Shown here: positions 24,801-36,500 of the stretch, in pieces
Position numbering within the stretch: the first letter of the stretch is position 1
How the letters are laid out: each line of letters begins with the position of its first letter
NCBI GenBank assembly: GCA_002269645.1
Contig: NIVC01000995.1
Location: 310,001 to 374,000 of the forward strand
Direction: 5' to 3'
DNA length: 64,000 nucleotides
From: Macrostomum lignano
Lineage: Eukaryota
Position numbers and translations under genes: made by a program
Notes under the pieces: generated by a model
Told to the model about the DNA's origin: nothing
What the model saw: only the letters and a program-made list of their open reading frames with translations
The model's database searches: none

Positions 24801-27800
24801 CCAACCAAGCCACCAGATCCCCAACCAAGCCACCAGATCCCCAACCAAGCCACCAGATCCCCAACCAAGCCACCAGATCCCCAACCCAGCCACCAGATCC
24901 CCAACCAAGCCACCAGATCCCCAACCAAGCCACCAGATCCCCAACCAAGCCACCAGATCCCCAACCAAGCCACCAGATCCCCAACCAAGCCACCAGATCC
25001 CCAACCAAGCCACCAGATCCCCAACCAAGCCACCAGATCCCCAACTAAGCAACCAGATCCCCAACCAAGCCACCAGATCCCCAACCAAGCCACCAGATCC
25101 CCAACCAAGCTACCAGATCCCCAACCAAGCCACCAGATCCCCAACCAAGCCACCAGATCCCCAACCAAGCCACCAGATCCCCAACCAAGCCACCAGATCC
25201 CCAACCAAGCCACCAGATCCCCAACCAAGCCACCAGATCCCCAACTAAGCAACCAGATCCCCAACCAAGCCACCAGATCCCCAACCAAGCCACCAGATCC
25301 CCAACCAAGCCACCAGATCCCCAACCAAGCCACCAGATCCCCAACCAAGCTACCAGATCCCCAACCAAGCCACCAGATCCCCAACCCAGCCACCAGATCC
25401 CCAACCCAGCCACCAGATCCCCAACCCAGCCACCAGATCCCCAACCAAGCCACCAGATCCCCAACCAAGCCACCAGATCCCCAACCAAGCCACCAGATCC
25501 CCAACCAAGCCACCAGATCCCCAACCCAGCCACCAGATCCCCAACCAAGCCACCAGATCCCCAACCAAGCCACAAGATCCCCAACCAAGCCACCAGATCC
25601 CCAACCAAGCCACCAGATCCCCAACCCAGCCACCAGATCCCCAACCAAGCAACCAGATCCCCAACCAAGCCACCAGATCCCCAACCAAGCCACCAGATCC
25701 CAGACCGATTAAAGCAGACTCAACTCGTCTCAATAAAATCGCAGTTCGGGGTCTGGGCCAAGAACAACTCTGGCGGCATCGCTTTGATCCGAGGCGGCCT
25801 CAGAAGCAAGCTCCCAATTTTGCGCGTGCTTACCTTTATGGTAAGTGGATTCTTGAGAATACATCTGCAGCTTTTACTCTCCAGCTATCATGCTAAATAA
25901 TTATTAAAATGAAAAAAATAATCAAATGTGCATACGAGCGTAGATAAGATATGAGTCGTTCTACCATAGATATGAGTCGATCTACCATAGGTACGAGTCG
26001 TTCTACCATAGATACGAGTCGTTCTACCATAGATATGAGTCGATCTACCATAGGTACGAGTCGTTCTACCATAGATACGAGTCGTTCTACCATAGATATG
26101 AGTCGATCTACCATAGGTACGAGTCGTTCTACCATTGATACGAGTCGTTCTACCATAGGTACGAGTCGTTCTACCATAGGTACGAGTCGTTCTACCATAG
26201 ATATGAGTCGATCTACCATAGGTACGAGTCGTTCTACCATAGATAAGAGTCGATCTACCATAGATACGAGTCGATCTACCATAGATATGAGTCGATCTAC
26301 CATAGATATGAGTCGATCTACCATAGATATGATTCGATCTACCATAGATACGAGTCGATCTACCATAGATGCGAGTCGATCTACCATAGATACGAGTCGT
26401 GCTATCATAGATAAGAGTTCAGAAATAGTTTTGATATAAATCAATTACTTAATATTAATGATTGATCTCTCTGCCTGAATGCCCGATAATTTTACAGCGT
26501 CAGCCCTTCACGATGGCCTCGCCAACTGAGTACTACGGCTTCAGCATCAGCGTGCTGAATCATCTGAGCGCCGGCCTATTCGAGTGGGACGTGGTGCCTG
26601 TGGCTGAAAATGGCGACCTGCTGCCGCTGCTGCGCCAAGGGGTCAGTGATGGGATTTGAATAGCCAGTCCCTCCCAGAAAAAACCGATATCCCAATCCTA
26701 CCGGATAATCTATTGATGACATCCATGATTATCCCTCAATTATTCATAATAATCTATTAATAACCCATCGATAATCCTTCGATAATCCCTTGATAACCTT
26801 CGATAATCCCTTGATAATCTTGATAATCCCATAATAATCCTTCGATAATCCCTTGATAATCTTGATAATACCATGAGAATCCTTCGATAATTCCTTGATA
26901 ATACTGATAATCCCTTAATAACCCATTGATAATCCACTGATAATCCATTGATGATCCCTCGATAATCCTGTTCCAGGCTGGCGATCTGATAGCCAACCCC
27001 ATGCAGATGCCGTTAGACAACATCAAGAACGACTCAAACGTTAGCTACTCCTCCTGGCCGCTGATGTACACCAGCGTGTCGGCCATGGGCTACGCGGAGA
27101 GTCCCAAGCTGAGCTTCCTCAGTCCGCTGTTCCCGTTCTCCTGGAACGTCTGGCTCGCCGTAGTCGTGGCTTTCGTGATCCTGTCGGCGACTCTCTACTC
27201 CATAGACAAGATAAGCCCGAATGATTACAGGCGACCGAAGTTCAGCATCTCGGAGTCCGTGTTCTTCGTCTATTCATCCTTCATGATGTCCAAGCTGAGC
27301 GCCAAGGCTATCAAACCGTCGTCAAGGATATTCATCTTAATCCTGTGGTTCGCCTCGCTGATGTACTGCACCACTTACGGCACCAACGCCTTCTTCCTGC
27401 TGATCCGCAGCAACCGAGCTTTGCCGTTCACCTCGCTGGACGGGCTGTACAACCAGAGCGGCAGGTACTACCGGGTCCTGGTCGAGAACAGCACCAGCTC
27501 CGGGATCCTGGCCGCTCAGCCTGAAGGATCTGTCTACAGGAAGCTGGCCACCGCCGATCTGTGGGTCGAGTCGGAGGAGGCGGCCCTGGCGCTAATAAAG
27601 AACCAGACGGCTCTGCCAGATGGTCGGCAGCCAGTTTACGTCGGCGACGGCGCCGCAATCAGCTACGCGGTGGCGAAGTCCTGCGACCTGATGATGGCCG
27701 GCAGCAATGAGCTGTACAGGCCGTTGTTCCTGGCGATGCGGGCAGGGCTGGACCCGCAGCTCCGGCGGACCATCAACGACAGGATTCAGAGCATGTCTGA

Positions 27801-29231
27801 CCGGGGTCTGCTGGACCAGTACAAGGACACGTGAGCTACCCAGTTATTTTGCAGGGGGCTTTGGTACTGCCGCTAATCTCAGTCGACAGCCAGTCCCAGG
27901 CCCACTCCGCTGACTCGGATTCGTACGCAGGCACGCGCTCACACAGGGTGTACAGCGGCCCTGACTTTCTCATTGTCAGGCATGTACACTCTCTGCGCTG
28001 CAGGGGGCTCCGGGCATCCCGACACAGCGGGGAGGCGTCGCCGCCCATTTCTTAAACACCTGGCGAACACGGCAGCCGGTGCTGCGGTGTCGCGCAGGGA
28101 GATCCGGTGGTGCAGGTGTCCGCAGTGCGGTCCTCCTCCGGAGAGTCCATTAGAAGGACTCTGCCCCCTATAGAGATAAGCACCTGGGATTCCATGAGCT
28201 GATCACCTGGGATTCCATGAGCTGATCACCTGGGATTCCATGAGCTCATCACCTGGGATTACATGAGCTCATCACCTGGGATTCCATGAGCTCATCACCT
28301 GGGATTCTATGAGCTTATCACCTGGGATTCCATGAGCTGATCACCTGGGATTCCATGAGCTCATCACCTGGGATTACATGAGCTCATCACCTGGGATTCC
28401 ATGAGCTCATCACCTGGGATTCTATGAGCTTATCACCTGGGATTCCATGAGCTGATCATCTGGGATTCCATGAGCTGATCATCTGGGATTCCATGAGCTG
28501 ATCACCTGGGATTCCATGAGCTCATCACCTGTGATCCCATGAGCTCATCACCTGAGATTCTATGAACTGAGCACCTGGGATACCATGAGCTCAGCACTTG
28601 GGATTCAATGAGCTGATCACCTGGGATTCCATGAGCTGATCACCTGGGATTCTATGAGCTCATCACCTGGGATACCATGAGCTCATCACCTGGGATAACA
28701 TGAGCTCATCACCTGGGATAACATGAGCTCATCACCTGGGATAACATGAGCTCATCACCTGGGATACCATGAGCTCATCACCTGGGATACCATGAGCTCA
28801 TCACCTGGGATAACATGAGCTCATCACCTGGGATACCATGAGCTCATCACCTGGGATAACATGAGCTCATCACCTGGGATAACATGAGCTCAGCACTTGG
28901 GATTCCATGAGCTGATCACCTGGGATACCATGAGCTCAGCACTTGGGATTCCATGAACTCATCACCTGAGATTCTATGCAATGGGCGCATTGATATTAAA
29001 TAATATCTTTCATTCAATTCAAATGCAACCCTCCCAACCCGACTCAGTTACTGGTCGGAGATAAAATGCTCATCAAACGACTATCTGATCAACGCGAAGG
29101 AGCTGAACTCAATCCATATCGAGCAGGTGTCCGGCATTTTCATAGTGCTGGCCTGCGCACTGGGCCTGTCCTTCATTGTGCTGCTGCTTGAGCACGCGTT
29201 CTACCAGCTGCAGCTGTACTGGCACCGAATG
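18858..29231 (+). CDS. Divergent ionotropic glutamate receptor-family protein (ATD, S1 lobe, M1-pore-M3, S2 lobe, M4)
   Basis: Phase-consistent exons 18858-18957 (signal, TIKIG), 19784-19927, 21993-22265, 23112-23281, 23399-23452, ~23631-23807, 23900-24013 (YNGILGQLHF..RRN), 25745-25840 (FGVW..LRVLT), 26498-26641 (PF..YYGFSISVL), 26977-27830 (LSFLSPLFPFSWNVW, FSISES, SSRIFILILW, CDL), 29048-29231 (YW...C, VSGIFIVLACALGLSFIVLLLE). Confidence 0.88.
19995..21790. repeat. 20-bp minisatellite in receptor intron 2
   Basis: Unit aaacacaggggtgtcactag, ~90 copies by length. Confidence 0.97.
22290..23040. repeat. 15-bp minisatellite in receptor intron 3
   Basis: Unit gagtgacagtgtcct; resembles the upstream exon/intron junction cagtgaca|gtgagtg. 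Confidence 0.97.
24085..25700. repeat. 20-bp minisatellite (intronic)
   Basis: Unit ccaaccaagccaccagatcc. Confidence 0.97.
25945..26415. repeat. 21-bp minisatellite (intronic)
   Basis: Unit gagtcgttctaccatagatac. Confidence 0.95.
26715..26968. repeat. Degenerate gataatcc-based repeat (intronic)
   Basis: Recurrent gataatccctt/gataatcttt motifs running up to the acceptor at 26976. Confidence 0.8.
27896..28010 (+). mobile_element. ~200-bp structured dispersed repeat, copy 3 (partial, intronic)
   Basis: gcccactccgctgactc..tacgcaggcacgcgctcacacagggtgtacagcggccctgac...gtcaggcatgtacactc. Confidence 0.75.
28178..28975. repeat. 23-bp minisatellite (intronic)
   Basis: Unit cacctgggattccatgagctcat. 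Confidence 0.95.
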
Positions 29232-29558
29232 GCAAGTTCTAGTGTGAAATATGGAATTTTGAGTAGTCAGTTTTTTCAGTGGATGAATTAAAGTACCTTT
29301 AACATGTAGCGCATAGAAACGATGGGTGCGGTGTGTGCCTTCCTGTTAGTCTGAGCATTCACTGCTGGCTAAATGGTAATCGCTAAAATTCAGGTATGCA
29401 CAATGGGATTTGATGATGCGTGGAAAAATTCTATATCTTTGCTGTATTGACTAAGATTGCAAATTAGGGATTCGAGTCCAGGACCTTAAATGCAAGCTGT
29501 GGGAGCTTTGGCTACATACATGATACTGAGACTTGCCAACCACCTGCGCTCATTCCAG

Positions 29559-31131
29559 AAGGTGAACTCTCGCCTTGAGTTCATGAAGCCATATCAGGCC
29601 GAGGTCACAAACGTGACGCCCAGCGGCATCAGGGTGCGAGTGCAGGGCTGGGTGGAATTCCTGCCCAACCAAATGCTGTCGCCGGACCCCACCAAGGTTG
29701 GTGCGACTGCGCTGATTCATGCTTTGAGAACGAAGTGGCTGGGATCACGGAAGCTGGCCCAGTAACTGGGGATCTGGGAGGCTGGCCCAGCAAATGAGGA
29801 TCTGGGAGGCTGGCCCAGTAACTGGGGATCTGGGAGGCTGGCCCAGCAAATGAGGATCTGGGAGGCTGGCCCAGCAAATGAGGATCTGGGAGGCTGGCCC
29901 AGCAACTGAGGATCTGGGAGGCTAGCCCAGCAACTGAGGGTCTGAAAGGGGGTGGTAGGTGTATCTGGCTCTCAGATAAAATCGAAATTCCCGAAATTAT
30001 CTGTAAATCAGCTTCGAAAAAATTGAAAAAAAAGTTTATTGCAAATCGCATTTTCAAAAATTATGTTTTTAATTATGCTGGTTGTCAAAGAAGCGTGTAG
30101 AATTCTGCTTGCTAGTTTGAATAATCCTTCTTAACTTACATTATGTAGGTTATACAAAAGTGTTCGCGCCATCGCAGAGTGCAGAGTACAGAGTGCAGAG
30201 TGGAAAGTGCAGAGAGGAGATAGCAGAGTGCAGAGTAAAGAGTACAGAGAGCAGAGTGCAGAGTGGAAAGTGCAGAGAGAAGATAGCAGAGTGCAGAGTA
30301 AAGAGTACAGAGAGCAGAGTGCAGAGTAAAGAGTACAGAGAGCAGAGTAAAGAGTAAAGAGTACACAGAGCAGAGTTCAGAGAGCAGAGTGCAGAGTGCA
30401 GAGTGCAGAGTGCAGAGTGCAGAGTGCAGAGTGTAGAGTGCAGAGTGCAGAGTGGAGATAGCAGATAGCAGAGTGGAGAGTACAGAGTGCAGAGAGGAGA
30501 TAGCAGAGTGCAGAGTGCAGAGTACAGAGTGCAGAGAGGAGATAGCAGAGTGCAGAGTGCAGAGTACAGAGTGCAGAGAGGAGATAGCAGAGTAAAGAGT
30601 ACAGAGTGCAGAGTGTAGAGTGCAGAGTGCAGAGTGTAGAGTGCAGAGTGCAGAGTGGAGATAGCAGAGTACAGAGTCATTATTGCCTGTTCCGCGCCAG
30701 CGCAAGATTTCAGAAGCCGGATTTCACAGGGGAGCAAAAAACTTCAAACGGACGCAGCCACTGACAAAGTAAGGATTCTGTAAATCCAGTAAAAATGCCG
30801 CGTCATCGAACCCCCCCCCCTCCCCGATAGATTTCATGATCCATCAAACGCAGCCGAAATCCGAGGGGGGGGGCAACCCGAGTCTGGCTTCTTGCAATTC
30901 GATGTTCTGCCGTCGATCGCTCTTCATCATTTTGCTGTTTACACAATCAAACGACCGCAGCTTCCTCCCTCCGCATCGCCCCCCCCACCGCAGAAAATGA
31001 CGGCCGCCGATTTGGAGATTCGCATCGGCGACTCGGTTGAGGTTGTTTACCTTGGCAACGATCCAAAAACTGGAGAGCGATTGTTCAGACGGAACGCCGA
31101 GTCGGTTGAAGTTGGCAAAATTGGCATCTGA
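29559..31131 (+). CDS. Two exons (29559-29696, 30994-31131) encoding a PNPase/PNPT1-type S1 RNA-binding domain; probably the C-terminal tail of the upstream receptor
   Basis: KVNSRLEFMKPYQAEVTNVTPSGIRVRVQGWVEFLPNQMLSPDPTK|KMTAADLEIRIGDSVEVVYLGNDPKTGERLFRRNAESVEVGKIGI*. Canonical phase-0 AG/GT sites (ttccag|aag, aag|gttggt, ccgcag|aaa); S1 beta-barrel pattern. Confidence 0.75.
29750..29945. repeat. 28-bp minisatellite, short array (same family as 33836-35495)
   Basis: Unit ctgggaggctggcccagcaactgaggat. Confidence 0.95.
30170..30675. repeat. gcagagt-based 7-bp degenerate repeat
   Basis: Runs of gcagagt with interruptions. Confidence 0.9.
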
Positions 31132-31514
31132 GAATTTCGGTGCAAATGATTGATGAAAATTGGCGAACCCTGGTTGATCGATTGAACACTTATTTTTTAG
31201 CGACTCTACCGACATTGTCGCGAAGCTTTGCTACTTGAGTTCGTTTTCTCCTGTTCATTTCTTAGAATACAGGATCCATTTTCTTCGTGTATTTTTACCA
31301 TTTATCCAAAGCGAACCGATGTGACTTGTGCAGTATCTGAGCACAGTTTCATGTCGAGTGTTTCTTGGCGGTCAAGAGAAGCTCAAACTTAAATATAGCG
31401 ACTTGCTTAGTATCACAGACTCATTGAAGCGCTTAGAATTACCTAGTGGGCTTCGATAGAGCGTGGGTTCAGTGCCCAAAGATTCAACTGTCCTTCATTA
31501 AGCGGGTCTGTGAT

Positions 31515-32715
31515 TCAGATTCTCATAGTTCAGATTCTCATGGTTAAGATTTTCATGGTTCAGATTCTCATGGTTCAGATTCTCATGGTTCAGATTCTCA
31601 TGGTTCAGATTCTCATGGTTCAGATTCTCATGGTTCAGATTCTCATGGTTCAGATTCTCATGGTTCAGATTTTCATGGTTCAGATTCTCATGGTTCAGAT
31701 TCTCATGGTTCAGATTCTCATGGTTCAGATTCTCATGGTTCAGATTCTCATGGTTCAGATTTTCATGGTTCAGATTCTCATGGTTCAGATTCTCATGGTT
31801 CAGATTCTCATGGTTCAGATTCTCATGGTTCAGATTTTCATGGTTCAGATTCTCATGGTTCAGATTCTCATGGTTCAGATTCTCATGGTTCAGATTCTCA
31901 TGGTTCAGATTTTCATGGTTCAGATTCTCATGGTTCAGATTCTCATGGTTCAGATTCTCATGGTTCAGATTCTCATGGTTCAGATTCTCATGGTTCAGAT
32001 TCTCATGGTTCAGATTCTCATGGTTCAGATTCTCATGTTCAGATTCTGTTGCAGATTCTCATGTTGCAGATTCTGTTGCAATTCAGACTGTTGCAATTGA
32101 GACTGTTGCAATTCAGACTGTTGCAATTGAGACTGTTGCAATTGAGACTGTTGCAATTGAGACTGTTGCAATTGAGACTGTTGCAATTGAGACTGTTGCA
32201 ATTGAGACTGTTGCAATTGAGACTGTTGCAATTGAGACTGTTGCAATTCAGACTGTTGCAATTGAGACTGTTGCAATTCAGACTGTTGCAATTGACTGTT
32301 GCAATTGAGACTGTTGCAATTCAGACTGTTGCAATTGAGACTGTTGCAATTCAGACTGTTGCAATTGAGACTGTTGCAATTGAGACTGTTGCAATTGAGA
32401 CTGTTGCAATTGAGACTGTTGCAATTGAGACTGTTGCAATTGAGACTGTTGCAATTGAGTCTGTTGCAATTGAGACTGTTGCAATTCAGACTGTTGCAAT
32501 TGAGTCTGTTGCAATTGAGACTGTTGCAATTCAGACTGTTGCAATTGAGACTGTTGCAATTCAGACTGTTGCAATTGAGACTGTTGCAATTGATACTGTT
32601 GCAATTCAGACTGTTGCAATTGAGACTGTTGCAATTGATACTGTTGCAATTGAGACTGTTGCAATTGAGACTGTTGCAATTGAGACTGTTGCGATTGAGA
32701 CTGTTGCAATTCAGA
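31515..32715. repeat. Two abutting 15-bp minisatellites (atggttcagattctc then gactgttgcaattga)
   Basis: Switch through hybrid units at ~32030-32090. Confidence 0.97.
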
Positions 32716-33551
32716 CCGGTGGGTTCGCCTTTCTAAGTTTCCATTCACAGTTTTTGTTTTTCAGACGCTCACCAGGCCTCTGCTTTCCAAGCAATTGCTT
32801 CTTTATTTCCTGAACTAAAAGCCTGTTTTCTGCCGAGCCACTCTCACGACTGCTAGCGAGGCGCAGGCGACCCGGTATTAAGCCGAACCTGGCCGCAGAA
32901 ATAACATTCCTGAGCGGCATTGGGTCTGCCAGTTGGCTCCTGGGCAGCAGCTGCAGTTGGCGCCAGGCAGTTCAAGCAGGTCAAAGCAACAGCCAGCGAA
33001 TGAGGGCAATTGCACAGCCTGGCTACATGGACTCCGCTGCTGCTGCTGCTGCTGCTGCTGATGTTGCTGCGACTTTGCATTAATGAAAGCAAAAGTAAGA
33101 GAGGAGACAGACAGAAATGCAGATGCAGCTGTTAGTGCCTAGGCGCCATAGCTATCCACCTATATCAACCGCATTCTATACACTTTACTAACGTAAAAAC
33201 TTGATCTTGACCTTGATTGGCAGACAGATAGAAACTGCCATCACTTATCGCATCACTTGTCATATAGCTTAAATTTGGGCGCTAATACTAGATAGAATCA
33301 GATACTGTCGCGAGCTACCAACAAGCAAGTGGGCAGGGGGGGTTAGCTATAGTGAGAGAGACCATCTGGCATCTGATTGGCTAGCCGCTGCCACCACTCT
33401 GTAAGCAAAGCGGAGTCCGTACCGCACTGCGCGGGCGCCATTAAAAAAGGAAAGAAATCCGAGGGGTCCGCGGCGACGGCGGCAAGTTCTTGACGAGACT
33501 GGGCTGACTACCGCGACTCTTCCACGACTTTGACAGAACTGGCAGCAGGGC

Positions 33552-36500
33552 ATGCTCACTCCCAACGCCACCTTCGGCATGGCGGCCGCTGCGGCCAGCA
33601 ACGCCAGCTCCTACCCTGCGGGCCTGAACTCCAGCCTGGACGCGAACACCACCTACGACAACGGGACGACGGCGACGTCAGCGATGTCCATCGGGTTCCA
33701 GCCGAGATTTGGGCCGCTGCAGATTGTCATGACCAGCCTGCTGCTGGGCATCATGATTCTCTGCACCATTGTTGGCAACGTGTTTGTGGTGGCGGCCATC
33801 ATCTTGGAGAGAAACTTGCAGGTGAGACCGGATTAGGGATCTGGGAGGCTGGCCCAGCAACTGAGGATCTGGGAGGCTGGCCCAGCAACTGAGGATCTGG
33901 GAGGCTGGTACAGCAACTGAGGATGTGGGAGGCTGGCCCAGCAACTGAGGATCTGGGAGGCTGACCCAACAGCTGAGGATCTGGGAGGCTGGCCCAGCAA
34001 CTGAGGATCTGGGAGGCTGGCCCAGCAACTGAGGATCTGGGAGGCTGGCCCAGCAACTGAGGATCTGGGATGCTGACCCAGCAGCTGAGGATCTGGGAGG
34101 CTGGCCCAGCAACTGAGGATCAGGGAGGCTGGCCCAGCAACTGAGGAGCTGGGAGGCTGGTGGCAAAGAAACTGAGGATCTGGGAGGCTGGCCCAGCAAC
34201 TGAGGATCTGGGAGGCTGGGCCAGCAACTGAGGAGCTGGGAGGCTGGTGGCCCAGCAACTGAGGATCTGGGAGGCTGGCCCAGCAACTGAGGATCTGGGA
34301 GGCTGGGTCAGCAACTGAGGAGCTGGGAGGCTGGTGGCCCAGCAACTGAGGATCTGGGAGGCTGGCCCAGCAACTGAGGATCTGGTAGGCTAGCCCAGCA
34401 ACTGAGGATCTGGGAGGCTGGCCCAGCAACTGAGGATCTGGGAGGCTAGCCCAGCAACTGAGGATCTGGGAGGCTGGCCCAGCAACTGAGGATCTGGGAG
34501 GCTGTGGCCCAGCAACTGAGGATCTGGGAGACTGGGCCAGCAACTGAGGAGCTGGGAGGCTGGTGGCCCAGCAACTGAGGATCTGGGAGGCTGGCCCAGC
34601 AACTGAGGATCTGGTAGGCTAGCCCAGCAACTGAGGATCTGGGAGGCTGGCCCAGCAACTGAGGATCTGGGAGGCTAGCCCAGCAACTGAGGATCTGGGA
34701 GGCTGGCCCAGCAACTGAGGAGCTGGGAGGCTGTGGCCCAGCAACTGAGGATCTGGGAGACTGGGCCAGCAACTGAGGAGCTGGGAGGCTGGTGGCAAAG
34801 AAACTGAGGATCTGGGAGGCTGGTGGCCCAGCAACTGAGGATCTGAGAGGCTGGCCCAGCAACTGAGGATCTGGGAGGCTAGCCCAGCAACTGAGGATCT
34901 GGGAGGCTGGCCCAGCAACTGAGGAGCTGGGAGGCTGGCACAGAAACTGAGGATCTGGGAGGCTGTGGCCCAGCAACTGAGGATCTGGGAGGCTGGCCCA
35001 GCAACTGAGGATCTGGGAGGCTAGCCCAGCAACTGAGGATCTGGGAGGCTGGCCCAGCAACTGAGGAGCTGGGAGGCTGTGGCCCAGCAACTGAGGATCT
35101 GGGAGACTGGGCCAGCAACTGAGGAGCTGGGAGGCTGGTGGCAAAGAAACTGAGGATCTGGGAGGCTGGTGGCCCAGCAACTGAGGATCTGGGAGGCTGG
35201 CCCAGCAACTGAGGATCTGGGAGGCTAGCCCAGCAACTGAGGATCTGGGAGGCTGGCCCAGCAACTGAGGAGCTGGGAGGCTGGCACAGAAACTGAGGAT
35301 CTGGGAGGCTGTGGCCCAGCAACTGAGGATCTGGGAGGCTGGCCCAGCAACTGAGGATCTGGGAGGCTAGCCCAGCAACTGAGGATCTGGGAGGCTGGCC
35401 CAGCAACTGAGGAGCTGGGAGGCTGGCCCAGAAACTGAGGATCTGGGAGGCTGTGGCCCAGCAACTGAGGATCTGGGAGGCTGGTGACCCAGTAAGCAGT
35501 AACTGGGGATCTTGCATGGCTGTAGGTTAGACATGGAAAAAGTGCAGTGAAACGTACGGATTTGAAAGCAATCTGCAAAGAGATCAATACCAAGCGCTAT
35601 TCAGCGTATTAAAGAAAAGTTTCTGTTTCTTTTACTTGACAAAAATCTACAAAGGCTCCCGCTAAAAACCCAAGCTCTTGCGATTCCACATGAGAACCGG
35701 GCGGCTGGGCCGCCCCCGAGGATTTCGGGTCACCGATCGTCTTCACAGAGAAAAGGAAAACAGACAAAGACAAACAGAACGAGGCGCGGCTGGGGACTGA
35801 GGATCAAAGCGGGATGGGGGAACTAAAAGCAAAGTCTCTTTGGCTGTAAAGAGGAGAAATTCGACAGCTTTTAGTGCAAATTAGCGGCGGAGGAAGAGGC
35901 GGGCCGGAATTGCAGGCGGGAGGCAGGGAGACAAGGTGAATGCAAAACAGGGGGCGGATCAAGCAGTCGTCATCATAGGCTATGCAGAACATTCTGTTGC
36001 TTTAAAAGCCTCCCAGATAAAAGACTCGACCAATTCGAGACGAAGTATCCCTTGGGATGAACTCCGGGGGTGGGGAGGGGAGGTGTGTAGCTTTGGCTGC
36101 TCAGTTGCTATGCAAGCCGGCTTACTTCAAAGGGGAAGCTACCTGAGCACAGCTGCTGCGCTACTCCTATATCTACTAAATATGAAAATCCGAATGCGGG
36201 TCATAAAACACTGCTCACTTCAGATAGGTCAGTCCCTGTTTATTGGTCGATTGAGTTCCATACATTGCTGCGAGTTAGTCCAGCTTTGAGTAGGGGTTCG
36301 AGAGCTAGGGAGATTAGTAGTCTCATCGACTAATGAGATTAGCGACACTTGAGCCGCGGAGTGAAGTCGCTGCTACACTTTTGAGTACGTTTTAGCCGGA
36401 TACTATTGAATTTGCCCAGCGGTGCAAATGAGATATATCACTATGAGCGACTGAGTCTCTCTAGCTGATGTCTCACCGGTGTCTCAACCGATTCTCTCCA

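Noticed and set aside
29490-29558. Stand-alone S1 protein starting at ATG 29490
   Set aside because: Kept only as an alternative: the 23 upstream codons look intronic and end in a strong ttccag acceptor in phase with the receptor donor.
32900-33083. Ala-run frame (..PGYMDSAAAAAAADVAATLH*) as an extra terminal exon
   Set aside because: No phase-compatible donor/acceptor pair linking it to the S1 exon was found, and the GCT run explains the composition.
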